Source of the DNA: Gammaproteobacteria bacterium
Lineage (GTDB): Bacteria; Pseudomonadota; Gammaproteobacteria; Legionellales; Legionellaceae
Assembly: GCA_010030245.1 (NCBI GenBank)
Contig: RGPR01000001.1
Coordinates: 1-47,770, forward strand
Reading direction: 5' to 3'
Length of the DNA stretch: 47,770 nt
Both the position numbers and the translations under genes were made by a program. Under the pieces are notes generated by a model. That model made no database searches, had not been told where the DNA came from, and saw nothing but the letters and a program-made list of their open reading frames with translations. Below, in pieces: positions 35,692 to 46,846 of this stretch (its first letter is position 1; each line of letters opens with the position of its first letter).

Positions 35692-36667
35692 AGAATGGTA
35701 TCACAAGCCAAAGCCTTCTGGGCTACTTCGTCTATGCTCAGCAGTTTATCGCCCGATTAATAAGCTGCTGCTGCAACAATCCCGCAAAAAACGTCCAAGC
35801 CACTTCCCTATCCCCGTGATTGTTGTCGGTAATTTAACTGTCGGCGGGACTGGTAAAACACCCACAGTCATCGCACTATACGAATACTTCAGTCAAAGGG
35901 GACTAAAAGCCGCCATCGTCACCCGCGCTTATAAAAACACCCTGCAACACTTCCCCCATCAGGTGAGCGCGCAAGACACCGCCTCAACGATTGGGGATGA
36001 AGCCTTGCTGCTTTATCAAAAAACCAAAGCACCCATTTGGATTGCTAAAAAAAGGCTTGAAGCACTTAAAGCTATTCAACAATTAGCGCAAATTGATATC
36101 ATCATCAGTGATGACGGACTGCAACATCTTGCCATGCCCAGAGCACTTGAATGCGTGTTAATTGATGGCACCCATGGTTTTGGTAATGGCTATTGCTTAC
36201 CTGCGGGGCCTTTACGCGAAGACATTTCACGTTTAGCAACCGTTGATTTCATTATCATCAATGGATCATGCAAGCCTTCCCTTGAAACAATATTGTCGCC
36301 CTATCTCAATGATTGCCATCTGATGCAACTAAATAGTAACGATATTTACCCGCTCAACCCAGAGCATCCACCCTTTCAAAAAAATCAGTACTCACTCGCT
36401 GCTTTTGCAGGAATTGGACATCCTGATCGCTTTTTTACAAGTTTAAGCAAAGATGATATACTGTTTACGCCCTATCCATTTCAAGATCATCATCATTTTG
36501 TCAAAAAAGATTTTGATATCCCAGAAACCTGCATTATCATGACGGAAAAGGACGCGGTGAAATGTCGTGGTTTAACAGATAAAGTCATTTATGTGTTACC
36601 TGTAAAGGCTGTTTTACCTGAAATATTTTGGCAAAAACTTCATTTGAAATTGAGTAATATTTTATGA
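35651..36667 (+). CDS. lpxK: tetraacyldisaccharide 4'-kinase
   Basis: PVIVVGNLTVGGTGKTP P-loop, GDEALLL, ISDDGLQH, GNGYCLPAGPLRE. The start could be ATG 35651 or ATG 35663; both overlap the msbA 3' end. Confidence 0.9.
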   Translation: MHNTMNKLTQFLYKEWYHKPKPSGLLRLCSAVYRPINKLLLQQSRKKRPSHFPIPVIVVGNLTVGGTGKTPTVIALYEYFSQRGLKAAIVTRAYKNTLQHFPHQVSAQDTASTIGDEALLLYQKTKAPIWIAKKRLEALKAIQQLAQIDIIISDDGLQHLAMPRALECVLIDGTHGFGNGYCLPAGPLREDISRLATVDFIIINGSCKPSLETILSPYLNDCHLMQLNSNDIYPLNPEHPPFQKNQYSLAAFAGIGHPDRFFTSLSKDDILFTPYPFQDHHHFVKKDFDIPETCIIMTEKDAVKCRGLTDKVIYVLPVKAVLPEIFWQKLHLKLSNIL

Positions 36668-37674
36668 TTACAAGTATGATTTCTTCTATCTTAGGCATGT
36701 TTCTGTTGTTTTTTAGTCATATTGGCTACTGCGAAACACCCAATATTCCTCGTTTTCTTGAACTACAAGGCCATCATCATAATAGCTGGGCAGTCAATGG
36801 AATACTGCAAAATGAACAACAAGATGCCTATGGTTTTTTATTTAAAATCGAACGGTTTAAGCATTATTATCATGCCTCTGCTGCGATTTATGATCTCAAT
36901 AATCACCAAATATTATGGCATCAAGAAGCCCTAAGCAACCCTAATCAAGCTTTAATAGAAAAAATTGGGCCATTTTTCTGGCATTATAGCGCCATTAACT
37001 CAAGCTTAATTATTGGCTATCAAGATGATAAGCGGCAAATTTTTAATCTTAAGTTCGACTTGCTTGAACCAACAACGGTATATCATACCCTCCAACCAAC
37101 AGCAGATCTTAAAATAAAAGAATTTTGGTCAGGTTCGATCAATGGACATATTAATATCTCGCATGAAGAATTTGTCAATAGTAGCAACGCGTGGATTCAA
37201 AACCTAAGCCAAGATCATGATACCCATAAACCACATGCCATTCATGAATTACTGTGTAAGTTTCAAGATGGACAATCTTTATTTGCCCTACAAATTCCAG
37301 AAAAAAATGCCTTAAAAGCATCGATTACCAGTCTTTATAATGCCAATGGCGAAAAACAATTGGTTTCTCAATTTCTCAACCTTAAACGATCAAATGCTCA
37401 AGATTATCGCTTAGAATTGCACCATAACAAAAATCCATTGCACATACATGCTATTTTGGCAACTACAGATTATGATATTTTGCATGCCGAAGACACTGAA
37501 ACACATAATCAAGGCTTTTGTGTGTATCTGCAAAATCCTTGGGAATTGCTTGCTAAAGAAGAAACACTCGCTCTCCCCACCCCTAAAAAATTAAGTTTCC
37601 TTGAGAAAACCATTGCACTTGGTAAAAAACCCTTTAAAATGCCTTTTTTCTTGAAAAATAAGATGACATCATGA
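36664..37674 (+). CDS. secreted hypothetical protein, possibly AttH/CrtC-like lipocalin fold
   Basis: Signal-like N-terminus [57 protein letters not shown] loosely fits the AttH pattern F..DHG.H...EWWY.TG.L....G...GF..TFFR. ATGA overlaps on both sides (lpxK stop, ttcA start). Confidence 0.5.
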   Translation: MITSMISSILGMFLLFFSHIGYCETPNIPRFLELQGHHHNSWAVNGILQNEQQDAYGFLFKIERFKHYYHASAAIYDLNNHQILWHQEALSNPNQALIEKIGPFFWHYSAINSSLIIGYQDDKRQIFNLKFDLLEPTTVYHTLQPTADLKIKEFWSGSINGHINISHEEFVNSSNAWIQNLSQDHDTHKPHAIHELLCKFQDGQSLFALQIPEKNALKASITSLYNANGEKQLVSQFLNLKRSNAQDYRLELHHNKNPLHIHAILATTDYDILHAEDTETHNQGFCVYLQNPWELLAKEETLALPTPKKLSFLEKTIALGKKPFKMPFFLKNKMTS

Positions 37675-38495
37675 CTCAATTTACAGCTATTGAAAAAAAA
37701 ATATTACATTACACTGGTAAAGCCATCGGCGATTACCAAATGATCCAGCGTCATGATAAAGTCATGGTGTGTTTATCTGGTGGTAAAGACTCTTTTACCA
37801 TGCTCAGCATGTTAAAACATTTACAAAGTCGTGCGAAGCATTCTTTTGAACTCCATGCATTTACGCTCGATCAAGCCCAACCTGGTTGGGATGATTCTAA
37901 ACTTAGAGCCTGGCTAGAAGAACGTCGTATCGACTATACCATTTTATCACGTGATACTTATAGTATTGTGAAGGAAAAAATACCTGAGGGCCAAACCTAT
38001 TGCTCGCTGTGTTCAAGACTTCGTCGGGGTATTATTTATCGCTATGCCGAAGAGCATGGTTTTAACAAAATTGCTCTTGGCCATCACCGCGATGATTTGA
38101 TTCGAAGCTTAATGATGTCAATTTTATACAATGGATCAATCAGTGGTATGCCGCCAAAGCTACGTAGTGACAACGGCAAACATATTGTGATTCGTCCGTT
38201 GTGCTATGTGCAAGAAAAAAATATTATTCAATATGCCCAGGAACAAGCCTATCCAATTATCCCCTGCAACTTATGTGGCTCCCAAGAAAATTTGGCGCGC
38301 AAAAAAGTTGCTAAATTAATTGATAGTCTTGCAGAGGAAAATCCTAAAATACCAAGTAATATTTTACATGCATTACAAAATGTCAAACCTAGCCAGCTGA
38401 TGGATAAACGTCAATTTGATTTTAAAGGCTTAGAAAAATTAAATGACAATGAGCTTGAGTTTGAACTTGAAGAGCTCAGTGCAGCAGAAGACTAG
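37671..38495 (+). CDS. ttcA: tRNA 2-thiocytidine(32) synthetase
   Basis: PP-loop [46 protein letters not shown]. Collinear with E. coli TtcA. Confidence 0.93.
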   Translation: MTQFTAIEKKILHYTGKAIGDYQMIQRHDKVMVCLSGGKDSFTMLSMLKHLQSRAKHSFELHAFTLDQAQPGWDDSKLRAWLEERRIDYTILSRDTYSIVKEKIPEGQTYCSLCSRLRRGIIYRYAEEHGFNKIALGHHRDDLIRSLMMSILYNGSISGMPPKLRSDNGKHIVIRPLCYVQEKNIIQYAQEQAYPIIPCNLCGSQENLARKKVAKLIDSLAEENPKIPSNILHALQNVKPSQLMDKRQFDFKGLEKLNDNELEFELEELSAAED

Positions 38496-38555
38496 TTAAC
38501 ATTTGCTCTAAAATAAGATAAAATGGCTTTATAGTCACAATGAGAATATGCTTTT

Positions 38556-40844
38556 ATGCTATCAACATGGTTAAGATACTCTAAAATTTATGTCAATCGA
38601 TACCTTAAATTTGACATTCTTGCCGGTCTTATTGTTTTTTTAGTCGCCCTGCCATTATGTTTGGGTATAGCACTTGCCTCAGGTTTGCCTCTGCAAACCG
38701 GTCTAATCAGTGGTGCCATTGGCGGTATTGTTGTCGGCTTCTTTAGTGGATCAGCGGTCAGCGTGTCAGGGCCTGCTGCAGGCATGGTTGCCATTTGTTT
38801 GCTTGCCCTAAGCCATCTCGGCTCCTTCGAAAATTTTTTATTGGCTTTGTTTTTTTCTGGCTGTATGCAAATCATTGCTGCCAAAAGAGCTTGGGGTGTT
38901 TTTGCCAATTATATTCCAGCATCAGTCATCAAGGGCATGATCTGTGGCATCGGCGTATTTCTCATTGCCAAACAAATCCCAATGGCGGTGACCGTCACCC
39001 ATAATTATCATGAATTTAAACATTACTTATTAGAAACAGTTTCTGAAAATAATCTCAATCCAATGGTTGATTTAAGTTTTCATATCAATAGCGGCGCTTT
39101 TATGTTAAGTCTATTGACCATAAGCCTCTTAATTTTCTTCGATAAAACCAAGCATTCACTGTTAAAATCCATCCCTGGTACAATTGCTGCAGTTGTCATT
39201 GGGACCTTATTTAACGAAGTATTGGTCATTAAGAATTCAATCTTGGCACAGCATGCACATCATCTGGTAAATATCCCCAAATTAGAAAGTTTATCGGATC
39301 TATCTCATCTGCTTCATCACCCAAATTGGCAGGAACTCAGTAATCCAATGATTTACTTTTATGCCGCAGTCATTGCCTTAGTGTCTTCAATTGAAACCTT
39401 AATCAATATTACCGCAACCGATCGTCTTGACAAAAACCATGTCAGCACCAACAAAAATAAGGAATTATTTGCCCAAGGCATAGGCAATATCGTTTCCAGT
39501 ATCTTAGGTGGTTTGCCAATCACATCAGTCGTTATACGAAGCTCTGTGAATATCGAAGCCAAGGCCAAAACCAAATTTGCAAGCATTCTTCATGGTTTGA
39601 TGTTACTCATTGCTTTATTTTTAACAACTGACATTCTCAATCGTATCCCCATCTGTATTTTGGCCAGTATCCTGATTTATGTTGGTTTTAAATTAACCCA
39701 TCCTCGCATTTACTTGACGATGATCAATCAGGGGGCTGATCGAGCGGTACCTTTTTTTGTCACCGTGATTGTTGTGAGTTTTGGCAATCTCTTAGCGGGT
39801 GTATTCACAGGCCTGCTCGTCAACTTATTATTTGTTTTGCGCAATAATAGCCGGGCAAGAATTGATATTATCCAAGAAACCACCCCCGGTGGTAGTAATT
39901 TCCGCCTATTACTCCCACAACAAACAACCTTTCTCAATAAAGCAACAATCATTGAAGAATTAAACACCATTCCCCAGAACTCAAAACTGATTATTGATGC
40001 ACGTTATGCAGAATTTATTGATAAGGAAGTGCTTGAATACATACAAGATTATACAGAATTCCAAGCACCTCTGCGGGCCATTTCCTTAAACCTGATTGGT
40101 TTTAAAGAAAAATACCAAATCCACGATCACATTGATTTTATCAATATCACCACCTACGATGCCCAATCCGTCTTAAACCCAAGTGAAGTGCTTCGTATCT
40201 TAAAGCAAGGCAATGAACGTTTTCTCAAAGATCAAGGGATCCATCGCAGTAATATGATTGATATTACCCACACTGCAGAAACCCAACATCCAATTGCTTT
40301 TGTTCTGGGTTGTATTGACTCAAGAGTTCCTGTTGAGACCATTTTTGACATGACTTTAGGTGATCTATTTTGTGCTCGAATCGCTGGTAATGTCATTAAT
40401 GATGACATTCTGGCGAGTATCGAGTATGCCTGCCATGTTGTTGGGGCTAAGCTCATCGTGATTCTTGGCCATACCCGATGTGGCGCCATTCAAGCAGCAT
40501 GTAATGATGTCAAAAAAGGCCATATCACCACTTTGCTTGCTAAAATCAATCCTGCCATCAACGCAGAATCGAAAATCAAAAACAATCGCCAAGGTGATAA
40601 TCTGGAGTTTGTCAGTCATGTCACCCATCTTAACATTGCGCATAGTATGCTCGAAATCTACAACAGAAGCCCCATTTTAAAAGACATGCTCGACCAAGGG
40701 CAAATTGGTATAGTCGGTGCATTATACGATGTGAGTTCTGGCCAGGTTCATTTTTCACTTTACCAAAATGAACTTAAGGCATTCGAAAATCCTGATGCTG
40801 ATAGTCTTTTAAAAACCCTAAAACACTTAAAAATAGAACAATAG
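38556..40844 (+). CDS. SulP-family anion transporter fused to a STAS-like linker and a C-terminal beta-carbonic anhydrase
   Basis: SulP core (LPLCLGIALASGLP, AQGIGNIVSSILGGLPITSVVIRSSVN). C-terminal beta-CA: FVLGCIDSRVP, FCARIAGNV, VILGHTRCGAIQAA. Confidence 0.9.
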   Translation: MLSTWLRYSKIYVNRYLKFDILAGLIVFLVALPLCLGIALASGLPLQTGLISGAIGGIVVGFFSGSAVSVSGPAAGMVAICLLALSHLGSFENFLLALFFSGCMQIIAAKRAWGVFANYIPASVIKGMICGIGVFLIAKQIPMAVTVTHNYHEFKHYLLETVSENNLNPMVDLSFHINSGAFMLSLLTISLLIFFDKTKHSLLKSIPGTIAAVVIGTLFNEVLVIKNSILAQHAHHLVNIPKLESLSDLSHLLHHPNWQELSNPMIYFYAAVIALVSSIETLINITATDRLDKNHVSTNKNKELFAQGIGNIVSSILGGLPITSVVIRSSVNIEAKAKTKFASILHGLMLLIALFLTTDILNRIPICILASILIYVGFKLTHPRIYLTMINQGADRAVPFFVTVIVVSFGNLLAGVFTGLLVNLLFVLRNNSRARIDIIQETTPGGSNFRLLLPQQTTFLNKATIIEELNTIPQNSKLIIDARYAEFIDKEVLEYIQDYTEFQAPLRAISLNLIGFKEKYQIHDHIDFINITTYDAQSVLNPSEVLRILKQGNERFLKDQGIHRSNMIDITHTAETQHPIAFVLGCIDSRVPVETIFDMTLGDLFCARIAGNVINDDILASIEYACHVVGAKLIVILGHTRCGAIQAACNDVKKGHITTLLAKINPAINAESKIKNNRQGDNLEFVSHVTHLNIAHSMLEIYNRSPILKDMLDQGQIGIVGALYDVSSGQVHFSLYQNELKAFENPDADSLLKTLKHLKIEQ

Positions 40845-40977
40845 GCCCAATTTAATATTAACAGCTGATATGCTCTCATGGCGTATTTGTCTTTAATGGC
40901 GCTAATGTTGGATAGTACTTATCATACTTTTTTCAGAGCAATTTTGAGCCACCTTGATAAGCCATGAGACCAGATCA

Positions 40978-42420
40978 TTAATGCCAACTACCACCTAAGG
41001 CTTTGATTAAATTAACACTAGCAACTTGACGTCTGGTTTGTAGCGCAATCAATACGATTTGCGCTTGACGATATTGAACTTCAATGGCTGCGACATCTAG
41101 TTCACTATAAACACCTATTTTGACCCGATTTAGTGCTTCTTGATATTGGATTTTTGCTGATTTTAAAGCATGTTTTTGATTATCCAGCGCGCTATCCGTT
41201 CGATAGATTTCAACCAATGCATCTTCTACTTCACGAAACGATTGTAATACGGTTTGACGATAAGCTGCTGATGTTGCTCGAAGCGTTGCCCATGCTTTCG
41301 ATAAGTCGGCCTGTAACTTAAATCCGTTAAAAATGGTCCAGGTCACCATTGGTTTTACTAAAGATACCACGGTTGTCCCTGCACTAGGCCCCAAGCTCCA
41401 ATACAGGCTATTGGCAGAAAATAATTTTGAAATATCTGCACTTTGTCCACCCAAGGTACCAAATAGATTAATTGTTGGAAAAAATGCTGCTTTAACGACG
41501 CCAATATTGGCAGCAGCACTTTTTACCCGCATTTGTGCAGCCACCACATCAGGACGTCGCTCCAAGAGCCTTGAGGGTAGATTTGGGATAGCAGTGACTC
41601 GACGATAAGGCACATACTTGGGTTTAATATGAAAGCTTGATGGAAATTGCCCCACTAAAATCGCAATTGAGTGTTCAAATTGGGCCCGTTTAATGTGGTT
41701 TTCTTCAATCAAAATGCGTGCTTGCTCGACCTGATAATGGGCTTTCTCTAAGATCGCTTGATCAATCACGCCAATACGAAATTTTTTTTCACTAAGACGC
41801 CATACTTTTTGATAAATATTCAAATTAACTTTTAACACTTGATCAACCCTATCGGCACTTCTTAATCCAAAATAATCTGTTGCCAATTGTGCATGTAAAC
41901 TCATGCTAAGCGCTGCTCTATCAAAGCCTGTCGCTTTCTGCAACGCTTCATTTGACTTCACTGCACTTCTAATTTTACCCCACAAATCTATTTCATAATT
42001 GACTAAACCCGCAAGCAAAAACGTATTATAGAGGACCTCATCACCTTTACTGACTTTATTATGCACCAAGGTATGTGAAGTCTCAGTACGCGCCATATTA
42101 TACAAAACTGTTAAATTGGGGTATAAAAAAGATCGAGCAGCTTTGGCGACATTTTTAGCTTCTTGATACTGGGCGAAAGCAATTTTAAGTTGTTGGTTAT
42201 GACAATTTAATTTTTGAGCAAGTGAAGACAGGGTATCGTCGTGATATAAACGCCACCACTGGTCTTTTTTTTCTTCATAAAGCTTAGGATGAGCCGGCTT
42301 AAAATACTGCAATTCCTTAAATGCATCGGGCAGATTCATTTTTATGGGCAAACGCTTCGGCGCCATGGTGCATGCACTTGAAAAAATCAAGATCATTAGG
42401 CCAAAGTATCGTATTTTCAT
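40978..42420 (-). CDS. efflux outer-membrane factor lipoprotein (NodT family)
   Basis: Lipobox IFSSAC; duplicated OEP repeats; C-terminal LIKALGGSW. ATGA-type overlap with the upstream adaptor gene. Confidence 0.85.
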   Translation of the reverse strand: MKIRYFGLMILIFSSACTMAPKRLPIKMNLPDAFKELQYFKPAHPKLYEEKKDQWWRLYHDDTLSSLAQKLNCHNQQLKIAFAQYQEAKNVAKAARSFLYPNLTVLYNMARTETSHTLVHNKVSKGDEVLYNTFLLAGLVNYEIDLWGKIRSAVKSNEALQKATGFDRAALSMSLHAQLATDYFGLRSADRVDQVLKVNLNIYQKVWRLSEKKFRIGVIDQAILEKAHYQVEQARILIEENHIKRAQFEHSIAILVGQFPSSFHIKPKYVPYRRVTAIPNLPSRLLERRPDVVAAQMRVKSAAANIGVVKAAFFPTINLFGTLGGQSADISKLFSANSLYWSLGPSAGTTVVSLVKPMVTWTIFNGFKLQADLSKAWATLRATSAAYRQTVLQSFREVEDALVEIYRTDSALDNQKHALKSAKIQYQEALNRVKIGVYSELDVAAIEVQYRQAQIVLIALQTRRQVASVNLIKALGGSWH

Positions 42421-43616
42421 GGGGAAACCCTAACAACTTGATCATTATCAATATCATCATAAGGATTTAAAATGAGTCGATCATTGATATTTAAACCAAA
42501 ATTAATTTCAACTTCATTGCCTAAATCACGATAAATACTGACGTCTTTAAGCACAACTTTCGAGTCTTTATCAACTGTTGCCACTTGTAAACCCTCGGTC
42601 CGGAATAATAAGGTATTCATTGGAACGCGTACACTTGTTTGTTCACTAGGAACTTTAAAATGAACATGTGTATATATCCCTGGTAACAATTGATGCTGGG
42701 CGTTATCAACCATAAATTCTGCTAATAAAGTTCGCGTCAACGGATCAATAGCTGAGGCCACATGCAGTAATTTGCCTTTAAACAATTGCCCTGGGAATTG
42801 ATCAAACTCAAAATCAACCACCATATTGGCATCGACTTTTCGAATATAAGCTTGCGGTAATTTGAGTTGAAGACGTAATTTATGACTCTGTATCATTTTA
42901 AAAAGTGGCAGCTCCGCATTGGTCTGACTACCAGAGTTGACCAGCATGCCAATATCAACATTACGAAGCGACACATAGCCATTAAATGGGGCCTTAATTT
43001 CACGAAAAGCATACATGCTTGCTATACGACGCCATTGTGCTTTAGCGGCCAACATGTCGGCATACGTTTTTTTAGCCGCATTGACTTTTTCATCAGTTTC
43101 ATGAGGGGACACCGCTTTATCAAGTAACATCGCCTGCCAACGCTTTGAAGTGATTTGTGCGATTTTATGTTGAGCCTTGGTGGCATGGTAATTGGCTTTG
43201 GCTTGGCGATATTCTGCCTCTAATTCAGGCACCTCAATCACTGCCATGACTTGGCCTTTTTTCAATTTATCACCCATATCAACATACCAGGCGTTGACAT
43301 ACCCTGGAATTCGCGAATAAATCGGCGCCTCATGCCAAGCAGTTAACGTTCCAGGTAACACATATTCATCAAAAAGAGCCACATGTCGTGGATGAGTAAC
43401 AAAAACAGTTTGAACATCAACTTTAGCCTGTTGCAAACGCATATAGATGACATGCCCCATTCGATAGCTTAGATTGAGCAGAATCATTAGCAACAATGCG
43501 ACAACGATGTAACGATATTTGCTGATCACATTTTTAAGATACTGTAGCTCAGCTGGGGATAATTTTATCTCTTGATAAAACGATTTCATTAATGACAATA
43601 TGCGGTTTTTATTCAT
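42417..43616 (-). CDS. RND efflux periplasmic adaptor (membrane fusion protein)
   Basis: N-terminal TM anchor, lipoyl/hairpin segment GYVNAWYVDMGDKLKKGQVMAVIEVPELEAEY, and a beta-barrel C-terminal region. Confidence 0.85.
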   Translation of the reverse strand: MNKNRILSLMKSFYQEIKLSPAELQYLKNVISKYRYIVVALLLMILLNLSYRMGHVIYMRLQQAKVDVQTVFVTHPRHVALFDEYVLPGTLTAWHEAPIYSRIPGYVNAWYVDMGDKLKKGQVMAVIEVPELEAEYRQAKANYHATKAQHKIAQITSKRWQAMLLDKAVSPHETDEKVNAAKKTYADMLAAKAQWRRIASMYAFREIKAPFNGYVSLRNVDIGMLVNSGSQTNAELPLFKMIQSHKLRLQLKLPQAYIRKVDANMVVDFEFDQFPGQLFKGKLLHVASAIDPLTRTLLAEFMVDNAQHQLLPGIYTHVHFKVPSEQTSVRVPMNTLLFRTEGLQVATVDKDSKVVLKDVSIYRDLGNEVEINFGLNINDRLILNPYDDIDNDQVVRVSP

Positions 43617-46600
43617 GTTTTTGCCCTAAGTAACGATGTTGATAAAGCACATAAAAAACACTCGGCACAAAAAATAAAGTAGCTAGAGTTGCCAAACTTA
43701 GTCCCCCAATAACCGCTTGTCCTAATGGTGCATTTTGCTCAGCCCCTTCCCCAATGCCTAAAGCCATCGGTAACATACCTAAAATCATGGCAAGCGCCGT
43801 CATTAATACCGGCCTAATTCTTGTTTTTGCGGCATCTATCACCGCATCATGAATGGACATCCCCTTTAATACATTCTTTTTGGCAAAACTCACCATTAAA
43901 ATACTGTTCGCGGTTGCAACCCCCATGGCCATAATTGCCCCTGTCAACGCCGGAACCGACAAATGGGTATTCAATAAAAATAAAGCCCAAACAATGCCAC
44001 ACAGTGCAATGGGTAAGGCGGTAATGATGATAAACGGGTCAAGCCAAGATTGAAAATTAATCACAATCAATAAATAAATTAAAACAATTGAAAAAACCAA
44101 GCCCCAAGTGAGACTTTGAAAAGCCTCATGCTGCGTTTTAAGCTGTCCTTTTAACATGACTTGTGATCCCTGCGGCTTGTATTGATCCATTTTTTTCAAC
44201 ATCTGCGTGATATCATGTGTCACTGATCCTATATCCCGATGTTGAATATCGGCAAGAACGTTCACCACTTCTTGGACATTATAATGCGAGACTTGAGCCG
44301 GTGTTTGGCGATATTTAATTGTTGCAACAGCACCTAAAATTTCTTGAGGATTATTAATATCCATATTGCGTAAAGGAATATTTTTGAGATCTTGCAAAGA
44401 GGTCATGTTATATTGAGGTGCCATCGCTGTAATCGCGTAAGATACGCCATTATTTGGGTCTAACCAAAAATTAGGTGTGGTTTGAAAACTACCTGATAAA
44501 GTAATTAACACATTTCGAATAATGTCTGCCTCTGATAGCCCCAAAGCCTTGGCTTTATTTCTATCGGTTTCAAGATACAGCTCAGGGTAATTCTGCGATT
44601 GCTTCACTCTTGCATCAACAATCCCTGGAATGGACTTGAGTGCATGTAATACTTTTCGAGCAAATATTTTATTTTCACTGCCTTTAAAGCCATTAATTTG
44701 CAAATCAATCGTGGCCGATAATCCAAAATTTAATATTTGGCTGACAATATCGGCAGGCATAAATGAAAACGATACCCCTGGGAATTGTTTAGGCAACTCA
44801 TCTCTTAAGGTTTCCATATAATCATAAATTGAATGGTGTTTGGAATTTAAGGCAATGGTCATCTCAGCATCATGCGGTCCATCAAAGGTTGAACTGCGAT
44901 AAATTAAATTAAGTGGACTTGTCGATATGCCAATATTATTGATGATACTTTCTATTTCTGATGCTGGAATAATGTGTTTCACCACTTTTTCAACTTGACT
45001 GGTTAATTTTGTGGTCTCTTCGACCCGGCTTCCAGTTTGGGCACGAATGTGCAAATCAATCACCGATGCATCAACTCTAGGAAAAAAATCAGCGCCAAGG
45101 ATAGGGAATAAGAAGATGATGCTCAAACCAGCACAACAGAAAACCCAAAAACAAAATTGCTGCGGACGCCTTAAAATTGCTGATAGCCGATGCGTATAAT
45201 GGTCGCGAAAACGTTCAAACTTGTGCTCAAATTGTTGATGAAATCGAAATGTAGTTTCTCCACTAGAATGCGTGATTAAATATTTTGCCATGGTCGGGAC
45301 CAACGTTCTTGATAAGAGATAAGAGGCAAACACAGCAAAAATCACTGCCTTGGCAAAAGGCATAAACATATAGCCGGTAATACTCGTTAAAAAAAACATC
45401 GGTAAAAATACGATACATATACATAACGTTGATACAAATGCAGGCGCGGCAATTTCAGCCGCCCCATCCATAATGGCATCAAATGGTTTCTTGCCTAAAG
45501 CAAATTGGCGATTGATATTTTCAATTTCAACCGTTGCATCATCAACCAAAATGCCTATAGCAAGTGCTAAACCTCCTAAGGTCATCATGTTGATGGTTTC
45601 TCCAGTAAAATGAAGTACACAAATTGATGCTAAAATGGATAAGGGAATAGACACCAGCACCACAAAGGTACTACGAATATTTCCTAAAAATAATAAGATC
45701 AAGATACTCGTTAACAAACCAGCGACAGCGCCCTCTATCAATACCCCATGAATGGCTGCTGCCACAACTTTCGACTGATCTTCAAAAAAAGCAATCTTAA
45801 TTAAGGCTGGTATATTGTCTTTGATCAAAGGGATTAATGCCTTGATTTTTTTAATGACTTCTAAAGTAGAAGCGTCTCCTGATTTATAGATCTGTAATAA
45901 TACCGCCCTCACATCATTGACTCTCACCACATTAATCTGCGGCAAAAAACCATCTCTAAACGGGGCCACATCAGATATGAGGATTTTTTTATTGCTTGGG
46001 GGCTGAAATGGCAAATGATTAAATTCATGAATTGATGATGGGCTATTGTTTAATTTGACGAAGTATTCAAAGGGGCCTAATTTTAAGGTTCCACTCGGTG
46101 CAATCACACTTTGTTGGTTAATTGCATCAACTACATTTTGGGGAGCAACCCCATAAGTCTGAAGTGCTTTAATGTTGATGTCAGCCATGACCTGTCTGAC
46201 TTTACCGCCAAATGGGGTTAAAATAGAGGCCCCTTGAACAGTGGCTAGAAACGTTCTCACAAAATTATTGGCCACGTCATTCAACTTCATCTCTGAATGG
46301 TAAGAACTGGATAGAACCATTTCTAAAATGGGTACCGTTGATGCATCATAGCTCAGAATAATAGGCGGCATCGCCCCTGGTGGAAAAGATCTTAATACCG
46401 TTTGCGATAGTGCGGTCACTTGTGACAATGCAAAACCAATATTGGCATTTGGATGAAAATAAAGCTTGATGACGCTATTGCCATAGATGGTGGTCGAATC
46501 AATGTGTTCAATGTCAGGAACGGCGGTGGTTACTGCGCGCTCAAAAATGGTGATCATGCGCTTCGTCATTTCTTCTGGCAGCATCCCTGCATATGACCAG

Positions 46601-46758
46601 ACAACGCCTACAACAGGTGTTTTGATGTGCGGGAAAATATCCATGGGCATGCGTATAATGCTCAACACGCCTAAAATCAACAGCATGAGCGCCATCACCA
46701 CAAAGGTATAAGGCTTGAGCAAGGCAATCCTAACCAACCACATGAAAATCCCTTTCAT
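43609..46758 (-). CDS. RND efflux permease (HAE1-like, AcrB/MexB superfamily)
   Basis: 1049 aa with 12-TM/two-loop architecture. The TM4 motif GGLALAIGILVDDATVEIEN is HAE1-type rather than the heavy-metal DFG..DGA type. The start may be ATG 46758 or 46743. Confidence 0.92.
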   Translation of the reverse strand: MKGIFMWLVRIALLKPYTFVVMALMLLILGVLSIIRMPMDIFPHIKTPVVGVVWSYAGMLPEEMTKRMITIFERAVTTAVPDIEHIDSTTIYGNSVIKLYFHPNANIGFALSQVTALSQTVLRSFPPGAMPPIILSYDASTVPILEMVLSSSYHSEMKLNDVANNFVRTFLATVQGASILTPFGGKVRQVMADINIKALQTYGVAPQNVVDAINQQSVIAPSGTLKLGPFEYFVKLNNSPSSIHEFNHLPFQPPSNKKILISDVAPFRDGFLPQINVVRVNDVRAVLLQIYKSGDASTLEVIKKIKALIPLIKDNIPALIKIAFFEDQSKVVAAAIHGVLIEGAVAGLLTSILILLFLGNIRSTFVVLVSIPLSILASICVLHFTGETINMMTLGGLALAIGILVDDATVEIENINRQFALGKKPFDAIMDGAAEIAAPAFVSTLCICIVFLPMFFLTSITGYMFMPFAKAVIFAVFASYLLSRTLVPTMAKYLITHSSGETTFRFHQQFEHKFERFRDHYTHRLSAILRRPQQFCFWVFCCAGLSIIFLFPILGADFFPRVDASVIDLHIRAQTGSRVEETTKLTSQVEKVVKHIIPASEIESIINNIGISTSPLNLIYRSSTFDGPHDAEMTIALNSKHHSIYDYMETLRDELPKQFPGVSFSFMPADIVSQILNFGLSATIDLQINGFKGSENKIFARKVLHALKSIPGIVDARVKQSQNYPELYLETDRNKAKALGLSEADIIRNVLITLSGSFQTTPNFWLDPNNGVSYAITAMAPQYNMTSLQDLKNIPLRNMDINNPQEILGAVATIKYRQTPAQVSHYNVQEVVNVLADIQHRDIGSVTHDITQMLKKMDQYKPQGSQVMLKGQLKTQHEAFQSLTWGLVFSIVLIYLLIVINFQSWLDPFIIITALPIALCGIVWALFLLNTHLSVPALTGAIMAMGVATANSILMVSFAKKNVLKGMSIHDAVIDAAKTRIRPVLMTALAMILGMLPMALGIGEGAEQNAPLGQAVIGGLSLATLATLFFVPSVFYVLYQHRYLGQKHE

Positions 46759-46846
46759 ACAAGAAGAATCAAAGTTTACATGATCACTTATCTAGTCACA
46801 ACTCTTATTAAACGTTATAATTTTGTTTTTTTAACTGAGTAAAATA

